The notes: generated by a model not told the origin, from the sequence alone. A stretch of 64,000 nucleotides of DNA from Corynebacterium sp. (GCF_030532965.1 NZ_JAUNKC010000007.1:50046-114045); one strand, 5' to 3'. Positions 52,184 to 61,961 are shown, numbered from the stretch's first letter. Translations and numbers: made by a program.

Positions 52184-52960
52184 ATGAGCGATAGTAATTC
52201 CCCTCGCACCCGCGCCAGCAGTTTTCAACGTACAACCGTCTCAAACGCACTTCGGTTCGCATTCGACGATGGCCAATTAGATTTCGCGGAATACACCGCC
52301 CGAAACGAAAAGGCCCTCCAAGCCACCTATCGGGACGAATTACCTACCCTTACCTGCGATCTTGATCTCGGCCCCGGCCTGCCCAAGGTCTCCGACCACC
52401 GGTACCTTGAATCCGTGTCGCAGCGGTTCCAATTGCCGATCATGCCGGATCAAATGCACACCATCCACTCCGGCGAGGTGGACATTCGCCCCAATTCCCA
52501 GCCCGCCGCCACCCAACCAGCTGGCCAGTCGTTCACCAACCAGGTGACCAATATTGTTAGCAATTTCTTGGCGCCCCAGGGTGCAGCGAAAACCGACAAG
52601 ACGCTGTCAATTTTCGGCGAGAATTCTCGCAAGGGTTCCTGGGTCTGCGCCCGGGAGCACTCCGCGCTCACGGTGTTTGGCGAGACTGTCATTGATTTAA
52701 CCGCCGCCCAATTTGAATCCCCGGTGACCAATCTGACCGCGTTCTCACTTATGGGTGAGGTCACGATCATCGTGCCGGATACCTTCCAAATTAAACAGGA
52801 TGTCGTCGCCATTCTGGGCGAGGCGAAGGTAAAAGACGTCGGTCGAGTCCGGCCAATGTCAGCATTCGACCCAAACGCCCCCACCCTGGTCATTTCGGGG
52901 TTGGCTGCACTCGGCACGGTCAAAATTAAGCGAGTGCCTACCCGCCACGACCAAAGGTAG
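52184..52960 (+). CDS. DUF1707-like N-terminal domain protein with a LiaF-like (cell-wall-active antibiotic response) C-terminal beta-rich domain.
   Basis: N-terminus RASSFQRTTVSNALRFAFDDGQLDFAEY resembles DUF1707. Start ambiguous (TTG 52142 or ATG 52184). Confidence 0.45.
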   Translation: MSDSNSPRTRASSFQRTTVSNALRFAFDDGQLDFAEYTARNEKALQATYRDELPTLTCDLDLGPGLPKVSDHRYLESVSQRFQLPIMPDQMHTIHSGEVDIRPNSQPAATQPAGQSFTNQVTNIVSNFLAPQGAAKTDKTLSIFGENSRKGSWVCAREHSALTVFGETVIDLTAAQFESPVTNLTAFSLMGEVTIIVPDTFQIKQDVVAILGEAKVKDVGRVRPMSAFDPNAPTLVISGLAALGTVKIKRVPTRHDQR

Positions 52961-53087
52961 TCACAACCTGTAATTACGAGGTTTCCGCCCCCGGCATAAT
53001 GAATATTAAGTTACAACCGCAAAACCAGCCGGGCATGCCCGCTTCGGGCTTCATCCGACTGGCTCAGCGTGGCCTATGGGGATGGGG

Positions 53088-53267
53088 TCATCCGTTGGCG
53101 CCTCGGAAATCGATGGCGAGATAACAGATAGTCATGGCGACCGCGACGATCAACACGAATGGTGCTGCTATCACTTCGATTCCTTGCGCCCACACCATCA
53201 TGGCAAAAACCGCAAGTGCGAGGAGGACCGCAACCAACCCAAAGACTGTGCGTTTTGTGGTTAACAT
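53088..53267 (-). CDS. Small two-TM membrane protein (59 aa), below the ORF-track size cut-off.
   Basis: Hand translation: MLTTKRTVFGLVAVLLALAVFAMMVWAQGIEVIAAPFVLIVAVAMTICYLAIDFRGANG. SD AGGTGA 6 nt upstream of the ATG. Confidence 0.35.
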   Translation of the reverse strand: MLTTKRTVFGLVAVLLALAVFAMMVWAQGIEVIAAPFVLIVAVAMTICYLAIDFRGANG

Positions 53268-53614
53268 TGCCCATCACCTACTAACTTTTGTGTTTGCATG
53301 GTGTAGCTCTATGAAGTTATGGAAGTCACCTACTGTGCCCCACGAGGCAGCTGTTTATTTAAGTGGCTTCACCCTCATGTATACCCGTAAAAAGTACCCC
53401 GCAGCGCCCAAATTCGTGGTTGACAGCAACTTTTACGGCTGTTGTTAGCCTCTTGTAATTTTCCCATCCGAAACGGGCATAACACGCCAGCTAATAGCGC
53501 ATTTCCCACCCCCACGTCTCCCCCTCAGCCACTGCCCGCATTATCGACTCAGGCGGCAAATCCGCGCTCTTAGTAAGCGCCTTCGAAATCAGGCGCTCAT
53601 TCTCGAAGGCGCAG

Positions 53615-54394
53615 TTAATTGCTAAAGGCACCGCTGCCGCCCCGGCGCGCCTGACGGATCATCGCGGAATACAAAACCACCCCGATCAGCGCCCATCCGC
53701 AGCCCACCGCGCATTCCAATAAGACGTGCGGCATCACCGATTGGCCTGAGATCAGCGCCCGTAACCCGGTGATGGCGTGCTGGCCCGGCAATACCGAGCC
53801 GATGGCGTTGAGGATTGGGAAAGAGGCTAGTGAGAAAAACGCTCCTGAGCACACCACCGCCAGGGATGCCACCGCGTTGTGGATGAGGTTTTGGAAGGTG
53901 TTGCCGATGGCGAAGGCGGCGATTGTCAGTCCGCACATGAGCGCGCTGAGCAGCACCGGGAGGGTGACCCACCAGGAGGTGAGGACGTCGAAAAGCAGTG
54001 CCTTCTCCCCCAGTAACGGTGCAAGGACGCAAACGGCAAGGATCGAATCCACGGCGGCGAGGAGAAGGAGCGGTATACAGCGGATACTGTAGCGCAGCAA
54101 GGCCACTGCGCCGCCGGTAAGTAGCGGTCCGGTTACCTGAAACATGGAGTCGCGGACCGGAATGTCGGTGACTTCGCTTAGTGCCGCGCGGTACATGGCT
54201 ACGACCGCTATGCCCACGATCGCGACCGGGATGGCCGCCCGGCCGCCTGCTACCACGGCGAATAGGAGGAACATTGTCATGCGGCACAGCTCGGGAATTA
54301 TGTGGGCTACAACCAGCACCGACCAGGGTCGTTCCGCCCGTTCTATCTGTATTCCTAACCTCAGTTCGGAGGCTACGAGCGTTTTAAAACTCAA
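53615..54394 (-). CDS. ABC-2 family transporter permease.
   Basis: 6 TM. In an operon with the upstream ATPase. Confidence 0.6.
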   Translation of the reverse strand: MSFKTLVASELRLGIQIERAERPWSVLVVAHIIPELCRMTMFLLFAVVAGGRAAIPVAIVGIAVVAMYRAALSEVTDIPVRDSMFQVTGPLLTGGAVALLRYSIRCIPLLLLAAVDSILAVCVLAPLLGEKALLFDVLTSWWVTLPVLLSALMCGLTIAAFAIGNTFQNLIHNAVASLAVVCSGAFFSLASFPILNAIGSVLPGQHAITGLRALISGQSVMPHVLLECAVGCGWALIGVVLYSAMIRQARRGGSGAFSN

Positions 54395-55148
54395 GGGAAC
54401 CCACCGCCTTTGCCCGGTGGAGCAGCACCCTGATCGCGCGGTGGGCGAGGCCGACGTACACCGCGGAAAGCGCCAGCCCGATGGCCAAAGCTGTCCACTG
54501 CGGCTGGGTGGTGGTAGAGACCAGAAATTCCCTCAGCCAGCGTAGATTCACCACCACGCTGAGAAACCGCAATGGGGTGGGCAATAATTCCACCGGGATA
54601 ACGAAGCCGCCTAATAGCAGCAGGGGCGGCCCGGCGGCGGCCGTTAGGTAGAACGCCCGACGGCTGAGGATTACGGCACAACCCAGGAGCATGCTGGCCG
54701 CGCCGCCGCCGATAAATACTGCGATCAGCGCTAACACAAAAGCCGGTGGTTGGTCGATGTCCATACTTAGGCCGAAAATTTTGAGGAAGCTGAAACTGGC
54801 GATGAGAATAAGTGCCATGTCGTAACTCATCGCGGCGCAGGTTTTGACGGCGGTGATAAGGGTGGGTGAATACCGTGCGGTGAAGGTGCTTGCCATCATG
54901 CCGGTCCAGATATCTCGGCGCAGCACCCCGGCAGCGCTCCATATCGCTGCGCTCCACAGCGCGGCCAGGATCGACGAGCTAAACGCCGTGGTTACGGCCG
55001 AAGGGTCGAGGGAATCGAGGCGTTGAAACGTCATCAGTGCCAGGAATAGCCAGGGGAATACGATCCCGGTTGCGATATTCATGGGGCGGCGGATGACCAT
55101 CGCGATTTGCGTCCAAAAGATGGGGATCAAGCAGCGGATTGTCGTCAT
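54384..55148 (-). CDS. ABC-2 family transporter permease.
   Basis: 6 TM. Overlaps neighbouring genes. Confidence 0.6.
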   Translation of the reverse strand: MTTIRCLIPIFWTQIAMVIRRPMNIATGIVFPWLFLALMTFQRLDSLDPSAVTTAFSSSILAALWSAAIWSAAGVLRRDIWTGMMASTFTARYSPTLITAVKTCAAMSYDMALILIASFSFLKIFGLSMDIDQPPAFVLALIAVFIGGGAASMLLGCAVILSRRAFYLTAAAGPPLLLLGGFVIPVELLPTPLRFLSVVVNLRWLREFLVSTTTQPQWTALAIGLALSAVYVGLAHRAIRVLLHRAKAVGSLEF

Positions 55149-55157
55149 GGCGCTTCC

Positions 55158-56099
55158 TTAGCTTTTCTGGTCGAAATACGCCGCGAATGATTCATCTAAG
55201 GTCGCGCTGCGCACCACAACATCCAGCACACCGGGGACGGCATGGACCTGCGAAATTATTGCCACGGATTCCGCGCCCCAATCGGGGAGTTTCACGCTTA
55301 ATTGGTAGTAGCCGTGCTCGATCGGCGTTGTTGCTACCGGTTGCGGTATTCCCGCCAGTTCGCTTTTCGACGCCTCCGGCACCGTCGCGGTCACCACCGC
55401 CGTGAAACCGGCGAGTTTCCGAAATTCCGCCACGCTGCCGGTCATCCGAATCGCCCCGTCGTCCAATAACACCACCCGATGCGCCAGCGCCTCTACGTCA
55501 TGCAGATTATGGGAGGTGAGCAGTACGGTGGTGCCTGATTGCACCGAGGCGGCTACTGATTCTCGAAGCCGCTGCGCTTCGACTGGATCGAGGCCGACGG
55601 TTGGTTCGTCCAGCAACATCACCGGTGCCTGCTTCAACATGCCAGCCGCGATATGAAGGCGTTGTTTCATTCCTTTGGAATATTGTTCCACCGGCCGATC
55701 TTGGGATAGTTCTAAACCCACCGCCTGCACCGCCTCCGTTATCCGCGATCGAGCGTTCTTTCCGGCCAGCCCTGCTAAGGCGGCGTGGTAGCGTAAGTTT
55801 TCGCGTCCGCTGAGCATGGGATAGAAGCCACGATCCCCGCCAAAAACCGCGCTGGCTACGGCGCGGGCGTGTTCCGGATGCGCTGTGACATCCTTTCCCA
55901 TGATCCGGGCGGTCCCAGAGCTGGGCAGTAGGAGTGTCGCAAGGATTTTCGTCAGCGTCGTTTTGCCTGCGCCGTTTTTACCTAATGAGGCCACGCATTC
56001 GCCCACCGACACCGACAGGTCAACGCCAGTCAAGGCGGTGACCACGGTGCCATTGTGGTTGAAGGTTCTGCTTAGGTTGTCAACGTCGATGGCAAACAT
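55158..56099 (-). CDS. ABC transporter ATP-binding protein (ABC-2/DrrA-like exporter ATPase).
   Basis: Walker A GKNGAGKTT. LSGG-like KGMKQRL. Walker B LLDEPT. Confidence 0.8.
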   Translation of the reverse strand: MFAIDVDNLSRTFNHNGTVVTALTGVDLSVSVGECVASLGKNGAGKTTLTKILATLLLPSSGTARIMGKDVTAHPEHARAVASAVFGGDRGFYPMLSGRENLRYHAALAGLAGKNARSRITEAVQAVGLELSQDRPVEQYSKGMKQRLHIAAGMLKQAPVMLLDEPTVGLDPVEAQRLRESVAASVQSGTTVLLTSHNLHDVEALAHRVVLLDDGAIRMTGSVAEFRKLAGFTAVVTATVPEASKSELAGIPQPVATTPIEHGYYQLSVKLPDWGAESVAIISQVHAVPGVLDVVVRSATLDESFAAYFDQKS

Positions 56100-56263
56100 G
56101 TTTCACCCCGTTACGTGGTTTTAAGGCTTTGGCCGCAGAAGTTTTAGGTAGTTCAGGTGCTTTCCATCGTAGTTTCGTCCGCAAGGCCGAATCGGATAAC
56201 CACCTATATCCGGGGGCGACGAGACAAAAACGTACCAGCCACCGATGAGGCTCCCCACCCGCG

Positions 56264-57322
56264 TTAGAGCCGCCCAGCCCCTAACATCTGTAGCCCTTCT
56301 GGACGCAATATGGGTTCGATGACAAGCGCCCCAGCATTGGTGGCATCTGTTTCTTCGATAAAACTGGTTGTGCCGATCGCGTACCATTTTTTGGTTACGG
56401 GGTCTTGTGCCCATACCGGACCCCCGGAATCCCCGGAGTTGGAAATGCTCTGGTAGCGGTACACGATGTCGTCTATACCCACAAATTCGCCGCAGCTTAA
56501 TCCCGTGCCCGCCCCAATTCGGCAGGTATAGGGCCGGTTTTCCGCCAACCATTCCCAGCTGCGCCAACCGACGATTTGCATGTCATCGGGAACCGGCAAG
56601 CGGGCGGATAACCCCGGCGCGCCCGTGACATTAACCAGACCATAATCAAGTTCCCCCAATCGATGCGCACTAGACCAGCTCACTTCGAACTTGCCGACGG
56701 GGATAAGCTCACCGTTTTCTGCGGGGTAGAAAACCTGATCGCCGCGTTCACCGCAGTGCCCGGCTGTTATCATCCACACCTCGCCGGGAAACCTCGACGG
56801 CTTGGCCAGCCATCCGGCGGAGCAGGCGAACATCGAGCCGTCCTTGCGGCGAACGACAAACATTGAACCGGGATAGATGCCCTGTGGATTTTTTCGGAGG
56901 AATTCGTAGTCGTCGTGGTGCCACAGCACTTTGCCGTCCCGCCGCTGCTCTTCGATATTAACGGCATCAATGGCTGCTTGTGCCAGGTCACTTGTAAACC
57001 CTGTATCGAGGTCGCGTTCGATATCGCCACCGGTAATCTCGTCGTGTTTTACTGAGTCGACGAACATCACTTCCGTTAATGACCGAAGCTGGGTGGTAGT
57101 GGTTTCGGCACTCTCAGCGGGTTTGGCGGTGGTGGCAGGTGGCGTGGTGTTGCTCATAAAGATACCCACTGCGCTTAGTGCCAATGCGACAACGACAACC
57201 ACCGCTATGATGATCGTTTTATTACCAGCGTTCGCTCCGTCTCCTGCGGGTTGTGTGCGATCAGGTTGCGGTTGAGCAGCGGCGGTGTGTGCTTGCACTT
57301 GACTGTTTTCGGGTTGTCGCAT
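56264..57322 (-). CDS. Membrane-anchored S1-family (trypsin/streptogrisin-like) serine protease.
   Basis: ATG 57322 with SD GAGGA. N-terminal TM IIIAVVVVVALALSAVGIF. Catalytic ITAGHC and GDSGGP. Confidence 0.7.
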   Translation of the reverse strand: MRQPENSQVQAHTAAAQPQPDRTQPAGDGANAGNKTIIIAVVVVVALALSAVGIFMSNTTPPATTAKPAESAETTTTQLRSLTEVMFVDSVKHDEITGGDIERDLDTGFTSDLAQAAIDAVNIEEQRRDGKVLWHHDDYEFLRKNPQGIYPGSMFVVRRKDGSMFACSAGWLAKPSRFPGEVWMITAGHCGERGDQVFYPAENGELIPVGKFEVSWSSAHRLGELDYGLVNVTGAPGLSARLPVPDDMQIVGWRSWEWLAENRPYTCRIGAGTGLSCGEFVGIDDIVYRYQSISNSGDSGGPVWAQDPVTKKWYAIGTTSFIEETDATNAGALVIEPILRPEGLQMLGAGRL

Positions 57323-57634
57323 ACGTCGAATCCTCAACTGGTTTCTACGGTTTTGCACAGTTTCTCATTGGCGCTTTTCGATACTACCCAGCTATTTACC
57401 CGTCGGCAGGCTTTTTTGCTTGTGTCCCTTGTCCCTGCTTTCGCGTATACACCCCGAACAGCACCATAGGCATGTTGGCTATTAGCGCAATCCCACGCAA
57501 CGGTAATGGCCATGCCGCGCCGAGAATCGTCGTCACGCACGATGGTTTCTTTTATTCGGCTTCTCGTGTTGTGCCCAGTTGTTAAGGTGAAAACCAAGAG
57601 GTCACATGAAAAGCTACGCAGGGAGATTCGATCC

Positions 57635-58012
57635 ATGGCGCACGAGATTGCCGCAGGTGAAATATTCGTTTTTGGCAGCAATGAAGCAGGCCGCCACGGC
57701 AAGGGCGCGGCGTTATTTGCGGTGAAGAACTTCGGTGCCGTGCGCGGCTGCGGTTTTGGCCTGCAAGGACAGTCCTTCGCCATCCCCACCAAGGATAAAA
57801 CGATCACGACTCTGTGTCTGGATAGGATTCGCACCTATGTCGATCGGTTTATCGATTTTGCGCGTTCCAATCCCGACATGCGGTTTTTCGTAACAGCCAT
57901 CGGCACCGGGCTGGCCGGGCTAAGCCACACCGACATGGCGCCGCTGTTTGCCGACTGCCCGGATAATTGTCGGCTACCGCCGGAATGGGTGGCCATCCTC
58001 GCTGCGGAATAA
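57635..58012 (+). CDS. Small (125 aa) Rossmann-like protein with a GSNxxGxHGxGAA motif (SLOG/DUF4326-like; assignment uncertain).
   Basis: SD GGGAGA 8 nt upstream of ATG 57635. EIFVFGSNEAGRHGKGAAL motif. Confidence 0.4.
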   Translation: MAHEIAAGEIFVFGSNEAGRHGKGAALFAVKNFGAVRGCGFGLQGQSFAIPTKDKTITTLCLDRIRTYVDRFIDFARSNPDMRFFVTAIGTGLAGLSHTDMAPLFADCPDNCRLPPEWVAILAAE

Positions 58013-58018
58013 GCAAAG

Positions 58019-58792
58019 CTAGCGAATATCCCGTCGGTCATTGGCCCAAAAACCTATGACAAGCAGCAGGACGGTCCACCCGAGCACCACCGCGATGTTG
58101 AACCACATGGGTTGGAGGCTACCGAAGTGCCATCCGGTGGGGGTTTCGGCCACGGATGGGTGCGACACGACGGTGGCGATTTGCTGCACGCGTTCCAACG
58201 GCAGAAACCACCATAGCCCTGTGAGATTGTCATGCAGCCCGGCAAGTACTTTGAGAAGCGGCTCGAAAACCTGGAACGCCAAAATGGGGATCGCGATTGC
58301 CACCACTTTGGAGCGCGTTGCCACGGCAAGACTGATGGCGCATATCGCCATGAGGATCACGGACATGCCGTTGTAGATGAGTGAGGTGGGGTCGGATAGA
58401 TCTAGCCCTTGTTGGCTCAGCGCCACCTGCGCCAAAAGCGCCAGCACGATGCCGACACCGAGCATGCCAAGGATCACCCCAAGGCCCACTACCAGCCTGG
58501 CGATAAGCCACACCGCCCGGTTTTTCTGGCTCAAGAAGCTATGGGCATTCATGCCGTTTTCCACCTCACCGGCGGTGCTGGCACCAATGAAGATCACCGC
58601 AATGAGCCCGAACATGGAGACGCCGATGAGCAATTCTTCCCAACTGTACCCAAACGGTGGTTCGAAGAAAACACACATGATGAGCACCGGCACCGGGATG
58701 ACGATGAGCATGAGAGCCAGGTACACCCAGGTGGCGGTGAGACTGCTAAGTTTCAATATTTCTGCGCGAAGCGCGGGCATGAGAGATGTCAT
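58019..58792 (-). CDS. ABC-2 family transporter permease.
   Basis: Start MTSLMPALRAEILKL typical of ABC-2 permeases. 6 TM. Confidence 0.6.
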   Translation of the reverse strand: MTSLMPALRAEILKLSSLTATWVYLALMLIVIPVPVLIMCVFFEPPFGYSWEELLIGVSMFGLIAVIFIGASTAGEVENGMNAHSFLSQKNRAVWLIARLVVGLGVILGMLGVGIVLALLAQVALSQQGLDLSDPTSLIYNGMSVILMAICAISLAVATRSKVVAIAIPILAFQVFEPLLKVLAGLHDNLTGLWWFLPLERVQQIATVVSHPSVAETPTGWHFGSLQPMWFNIAVVLGWTVLLLVIGFWANDRRDIR

Positions 58793-58803
58793 AACAGTTG
58801 TCC

Positions 58804-59763
58804 TTAGTGTGCGGCGTTTGGTTTGGTTGCGGTCCCGGCGCGAAATTCTTCCCACCCTGCGGTAGCAGCCAAGTAACGTTGTTCGAGATTGTCGTGGACG
58901 GTTTGCAGCCGGGTAACCAAGTATCCGGCCTCGGCTGCAATCTGGGCGATCTGCTGCCGCAGTGCCGCCTCGGTTACATGCGGGCTCAGCGGAACAATGA
59001 TGGTATTCGACCCCGGCCCCGGCGTCGGGCTGAGTCCCGCTGCAACCAGCGCCGCCGCGAGGTCTTTCGCCTGGGGGCTTTCGACTTCAACGGTGGTGCC
59101 GTCGGCGAGGAATTCCGACATCGAGTATTCGCCCACCATGTGCCCCTTGCCGATGACGACAATACGGTCGGCCGTTTGCTCCATTTCCGCCAGCAAATGG
59201 GAGGACACCAAAACAGCTCTGCCCTCTTCAGCGAAACGCCTGATGGTGGTGCGCATCCAATTCACCCCGGCGGGGTCGAGGCCATTGATTGGTTCATCAA
59301 GAATCAGGTGTTGCGGGTTCCCCAACAGTGCGGCGGCAACACCGATTCGTTGTTTCATACCCAGCGAATAGCCGCCGAGTTTCTTATCACCAACATTGGT
59401 CATGCCGACAATAGCTAAGCATTCTTCCACCCGTTTGTCGCTAATGCCTGCGCCCCGGGCGATCACCCGCAAGTGATTGCGGCCGCTGCGGGCTGGGTGG
59501 AACCAGGAGGTATCAATGATGGCGCCCGCAACCTTGGGTTTATTATCCAAAGAGGCAAAGGGGCCGTCGTAATAACCACCGCGGAAAACCGCAGTGCCTG
59601 CGGTCGGCGCATCCAGGCCCAGGATGCATCGCATCGTGGTGGATTTCCCCGAACCATTCGGCCCTAAAAAACCGGTGACCTGGCCGTCCGGGACGGTGAA
59701 ACTGAGATTGGAAACGGCCACTTGTGCGCCGTATTTTTTGGTGAGATTTTCAACGATAATCAT
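58804..59763 (-). CDS. ABC transporter ATP-binding protein (ABC-2 type).
   Basis: GPNGSGKST. LSLGMKQR. ILDEP. Confidence 0.8.
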   Translation of the reverse strand: MIIVENLTKKYGAQVAVSNLSFTVPDGQVTGFLGPNGSGKSTTMRCILGLDAPTAGTAVFRGGYYDGPFASLDNKPKVAGAIIDTSWFHPARSGRNHLRVIARGAGISDKRVEECLAIVGMTNVGDKKLGGYSLGMKQRIGVAAALLGNPQHLILDEPINGLDPAGVNWMRTTIRRFAEEGRAVLVSSHLLAEMEQTADRIVVIGKGHMVGEYSMSEFLADGTTVEVESPQAKDLAAALVAAGLSPTPGPGSNTIIVPLSPHVTEAALRQQIAQIAAEAGYLVTRLQTVHDNLEQRYLAATAGWEEFRAGTATKPNAAH

Positions 59764-60467
59764 TCTGGAATCACTCCGTGTTTAATGGCAAACAACACCG
59801 CGTGCACTCGATCGCGGGAATTGGTTTTAGCAAGAATCCGCCCGACGTGGGTCTTCACGGTGGGCAGCGAAATAAACAACTCGTCGGCGATTTCGGTATT
59901 CGATTTACCGTGGGTTATGAGCACCAGAATCTCCGCTTCCCGTGCGGTGAGCGGATCTGACAGACAATGATTAAGCAACGCGAGGGTATTGTCCTTCGTC
60001 CCCGCAGCCACCCCAGTCGCCAGTGGCTGTTGATGCCGTAAGTGGCTAAACAGCTTTGCGGTGGCGGCTGGTGAAATGACTGCCGCTGATTCACCTACGT
60101 TGTATACCGCACTGATCAGTTCCTCCGGTGAAGTATCTTTGAGTAGAAACCCGGAAGCTCCCGCTTCTATTGAACTAACCACGTAGTTATCCGTATCAAA
60201 GGTGGTTAACACCACGATCCGGGTAGGAGTCCCCTTCGGCGATAATTGCTTCCGGGCGATGAGTTCCTTGGTGGCTTCAATCCCATTGAGCACCGGCATT
60301 TGAATGTCCATGAAGATCACATCCACCGGGTCGTTGGTGGCCAGTTCGACAGCTTCAACGCCGTCGCTTGCTTCCCAGGCGACTTCAATATCGTCCTGGG
60401 ATCCTAGCACCATGGAAAACCCGGCGCGCACCAACTGTTGGTCGTCGACAAGCCCTACGCGATACAC
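59760..60467 (-). CDS. NarL/LuxR-family response regulator.
   Basis: REC domain (DDQ...D...K). C-terminal LuxR HTH (EAEILVLITHGKSNTEIADELFIS). Confidence 0.85.
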   Translation of the reverse strand: MYRVGLVDDQQLVRAGFSMVLGSQDDIEVAWEASDGVEAVELATNDPVDVIFMDIQMPVLNGIEATKELIARKQLSPKGTPTRIVVLTTFDTDNYVVSSIEAGASGFLLKDTSPEELISAVYNVGESAAVISPAATAKLFSHLRHQQPLATGVAAGTKDNTLALLNHCLSDPLTAREAEILVLITHGKSNTEIADELFISLPTVKTHVGRILAKTNSRDRVHAVLFAIKHGVIPE

Positions 60468-60492
60468 AATTATCCTCGTTTCTTCTTCGGTA

Positions 60493-61782
60493 TTAACTCG
60501 TTACCGGCAAGGTGACGTCCACCCGCCAATTATCGCCGTACTGTCCCCACGATGCCGTACCGCCGTGGAGCTTCGCCCGTTCCGCGATGCCGATCAGCCC
60601 TCTACCAGGCAGTTCACTCTCGGTTTCCACCAACCCTACGCCGTTGATATTACTGACGACGATGCGCAGCTCCTGCCCGTCGTTCGGCTCCGGCCACCGC
60701 AACTTGACCTTCACCGGCACCGAACCTGCGTGTTTAAGCACGTTGGTGAGCGCTTCCTGCACGATTCGATACACGCTTAAGCTTGTCGACGCCCCCAGGT
60801 TCTGCGGGGTTCCAGTCACCGTGTAGTCGACATCCGCCCCGGCGCGCCGGGCTTCGCGTACCAGATCGTCGATCCCGGCGATCCCACCGTCCACGCCAAG
60901 CGAACGGTCGGGGGTTTGGTCGTCGCGCAGGACGCTGAGCAGGGACCGCATTTGCCCCAGGGCGTCGCGCCCCACCTCGGAGATGGTGCCTAGTGCCTGG
61001 AGGGCTTTGGCGGGGTCTTTTTGCCCGGCGAACCTGCCGCCGTCGGCTTGGGCGATCATGACGGTGAGCGAATGTGCCACGATGTCGTGCATTTCGCGGG
61101 CGATGCGGTTGCGTTCGGCAACGGCGGCGTATTCCGCCCGGTCTTGGAGCGCTTGGATTCTGAGCATGCTGCGCCTGGTGTTTTTGCCGTATTGCCAAAA
61201 CAGTGCGATGGCAAGGTAGATCACTGCTAAAGAAACAAAGGACATCCCAAGGTTGAGCGGGCTGACAACCCAAGCACCAAAGCTCATAGCTCCCTCAAAT
61301 TCAATGCTATGGCTATAGGCTGGCAAGATCAGTAAGAAGATCACTGCAAATGTTCCAGAAACATACAGCAAAATTGTCCACAATGTACACCGGTGATAAA
61401 CGTACGCTGCGATAAACCAGGCTTGATGACATATGAGAATCAACCCCATCGGATGGACGAAGCGCAGCGTCAATATCAATAAAATTCCGCCAATGAATAC
61501 GATGAATAAGCCAGTTTCTGGCCGGAATCTTTCGAGGATCACCCCGAAATAGCACAATGCGGACCCTGTATAGAGGAATATTAGGCTGATCGGAATGAAC
61601 CACCTGTATTGCCCAGCAATTGGCATGATAAGTGCCGATTCACCTTCCAATTCGCTGGTTGACGCAAAAAGTAAAAGTATTACAGTGATAAACGTTTGAA
61701 AGACTAATTGCAAAATGAGGTTGGAGTCTTTCCACCACGGAAGCGTCCGCTTGGTCTCTGTTTCGGTGTAGGTGGTGGCCAT
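60493..61782 (-). CDS. Sensor histidine kinase (HisKA_3/NarX-like) with a multi-TM N-terminal sensor.
   Basis: H-box REMHDIVAHSL. HATPase_c region. 5-6 N-terminal TM. Confidence 0.8.
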   Translation of the reverse strand: MATTYTETETKRTLPWWKDSNLILQLVFQTFITVILLLFASTSELEGESALIMPIAGQYRWFIPISLIFLYTGSALCYFGVILERFRPETGLFIVFIGGILLILTLRFVHPMGLILICHQAWFIAAYVYHRCTLWTILLYVSGTFAVIFLLILPAYSHSIEFEGAMSFGAWVVSPLNLGMSFVSLAVIYLAIALFWQYGKNTRRSMLRIQALQDRAEYAAVAERNRIAREMHDIVAHSLTVMIAQADGGRFAGQKDPAKALQALGTISEVGRDALGQMRSLLSVLRDDQTPDRSLGVDGGIAGIDDLVREARRAGADVDYTVTGTPQNLGASTSLSVYRIVQEALTNVLKHAGSVPVKVKLRWPEPNDGQELRIVVSNINGVGLVETESELPGRGLIGIAERAKLHGGTASWGQYGDNWRVDVTLPVTS

Positions 61783-61961
61783 ACCAGCAGAGCTTAGTCA
61801 GTGGCGGGTCTGCTGCGGATCGGCCCGGGGTATGAAATACCGTGGGTGCACACCGCTTCGGCGTGACTGGCACCTGGGCATTAGACACGAATGACACCGG
61901 TGTAAGAAATCCCACTGGCGCAACATCTAGGGGCCCACCCCAGCGGGAACACGATCAACAA

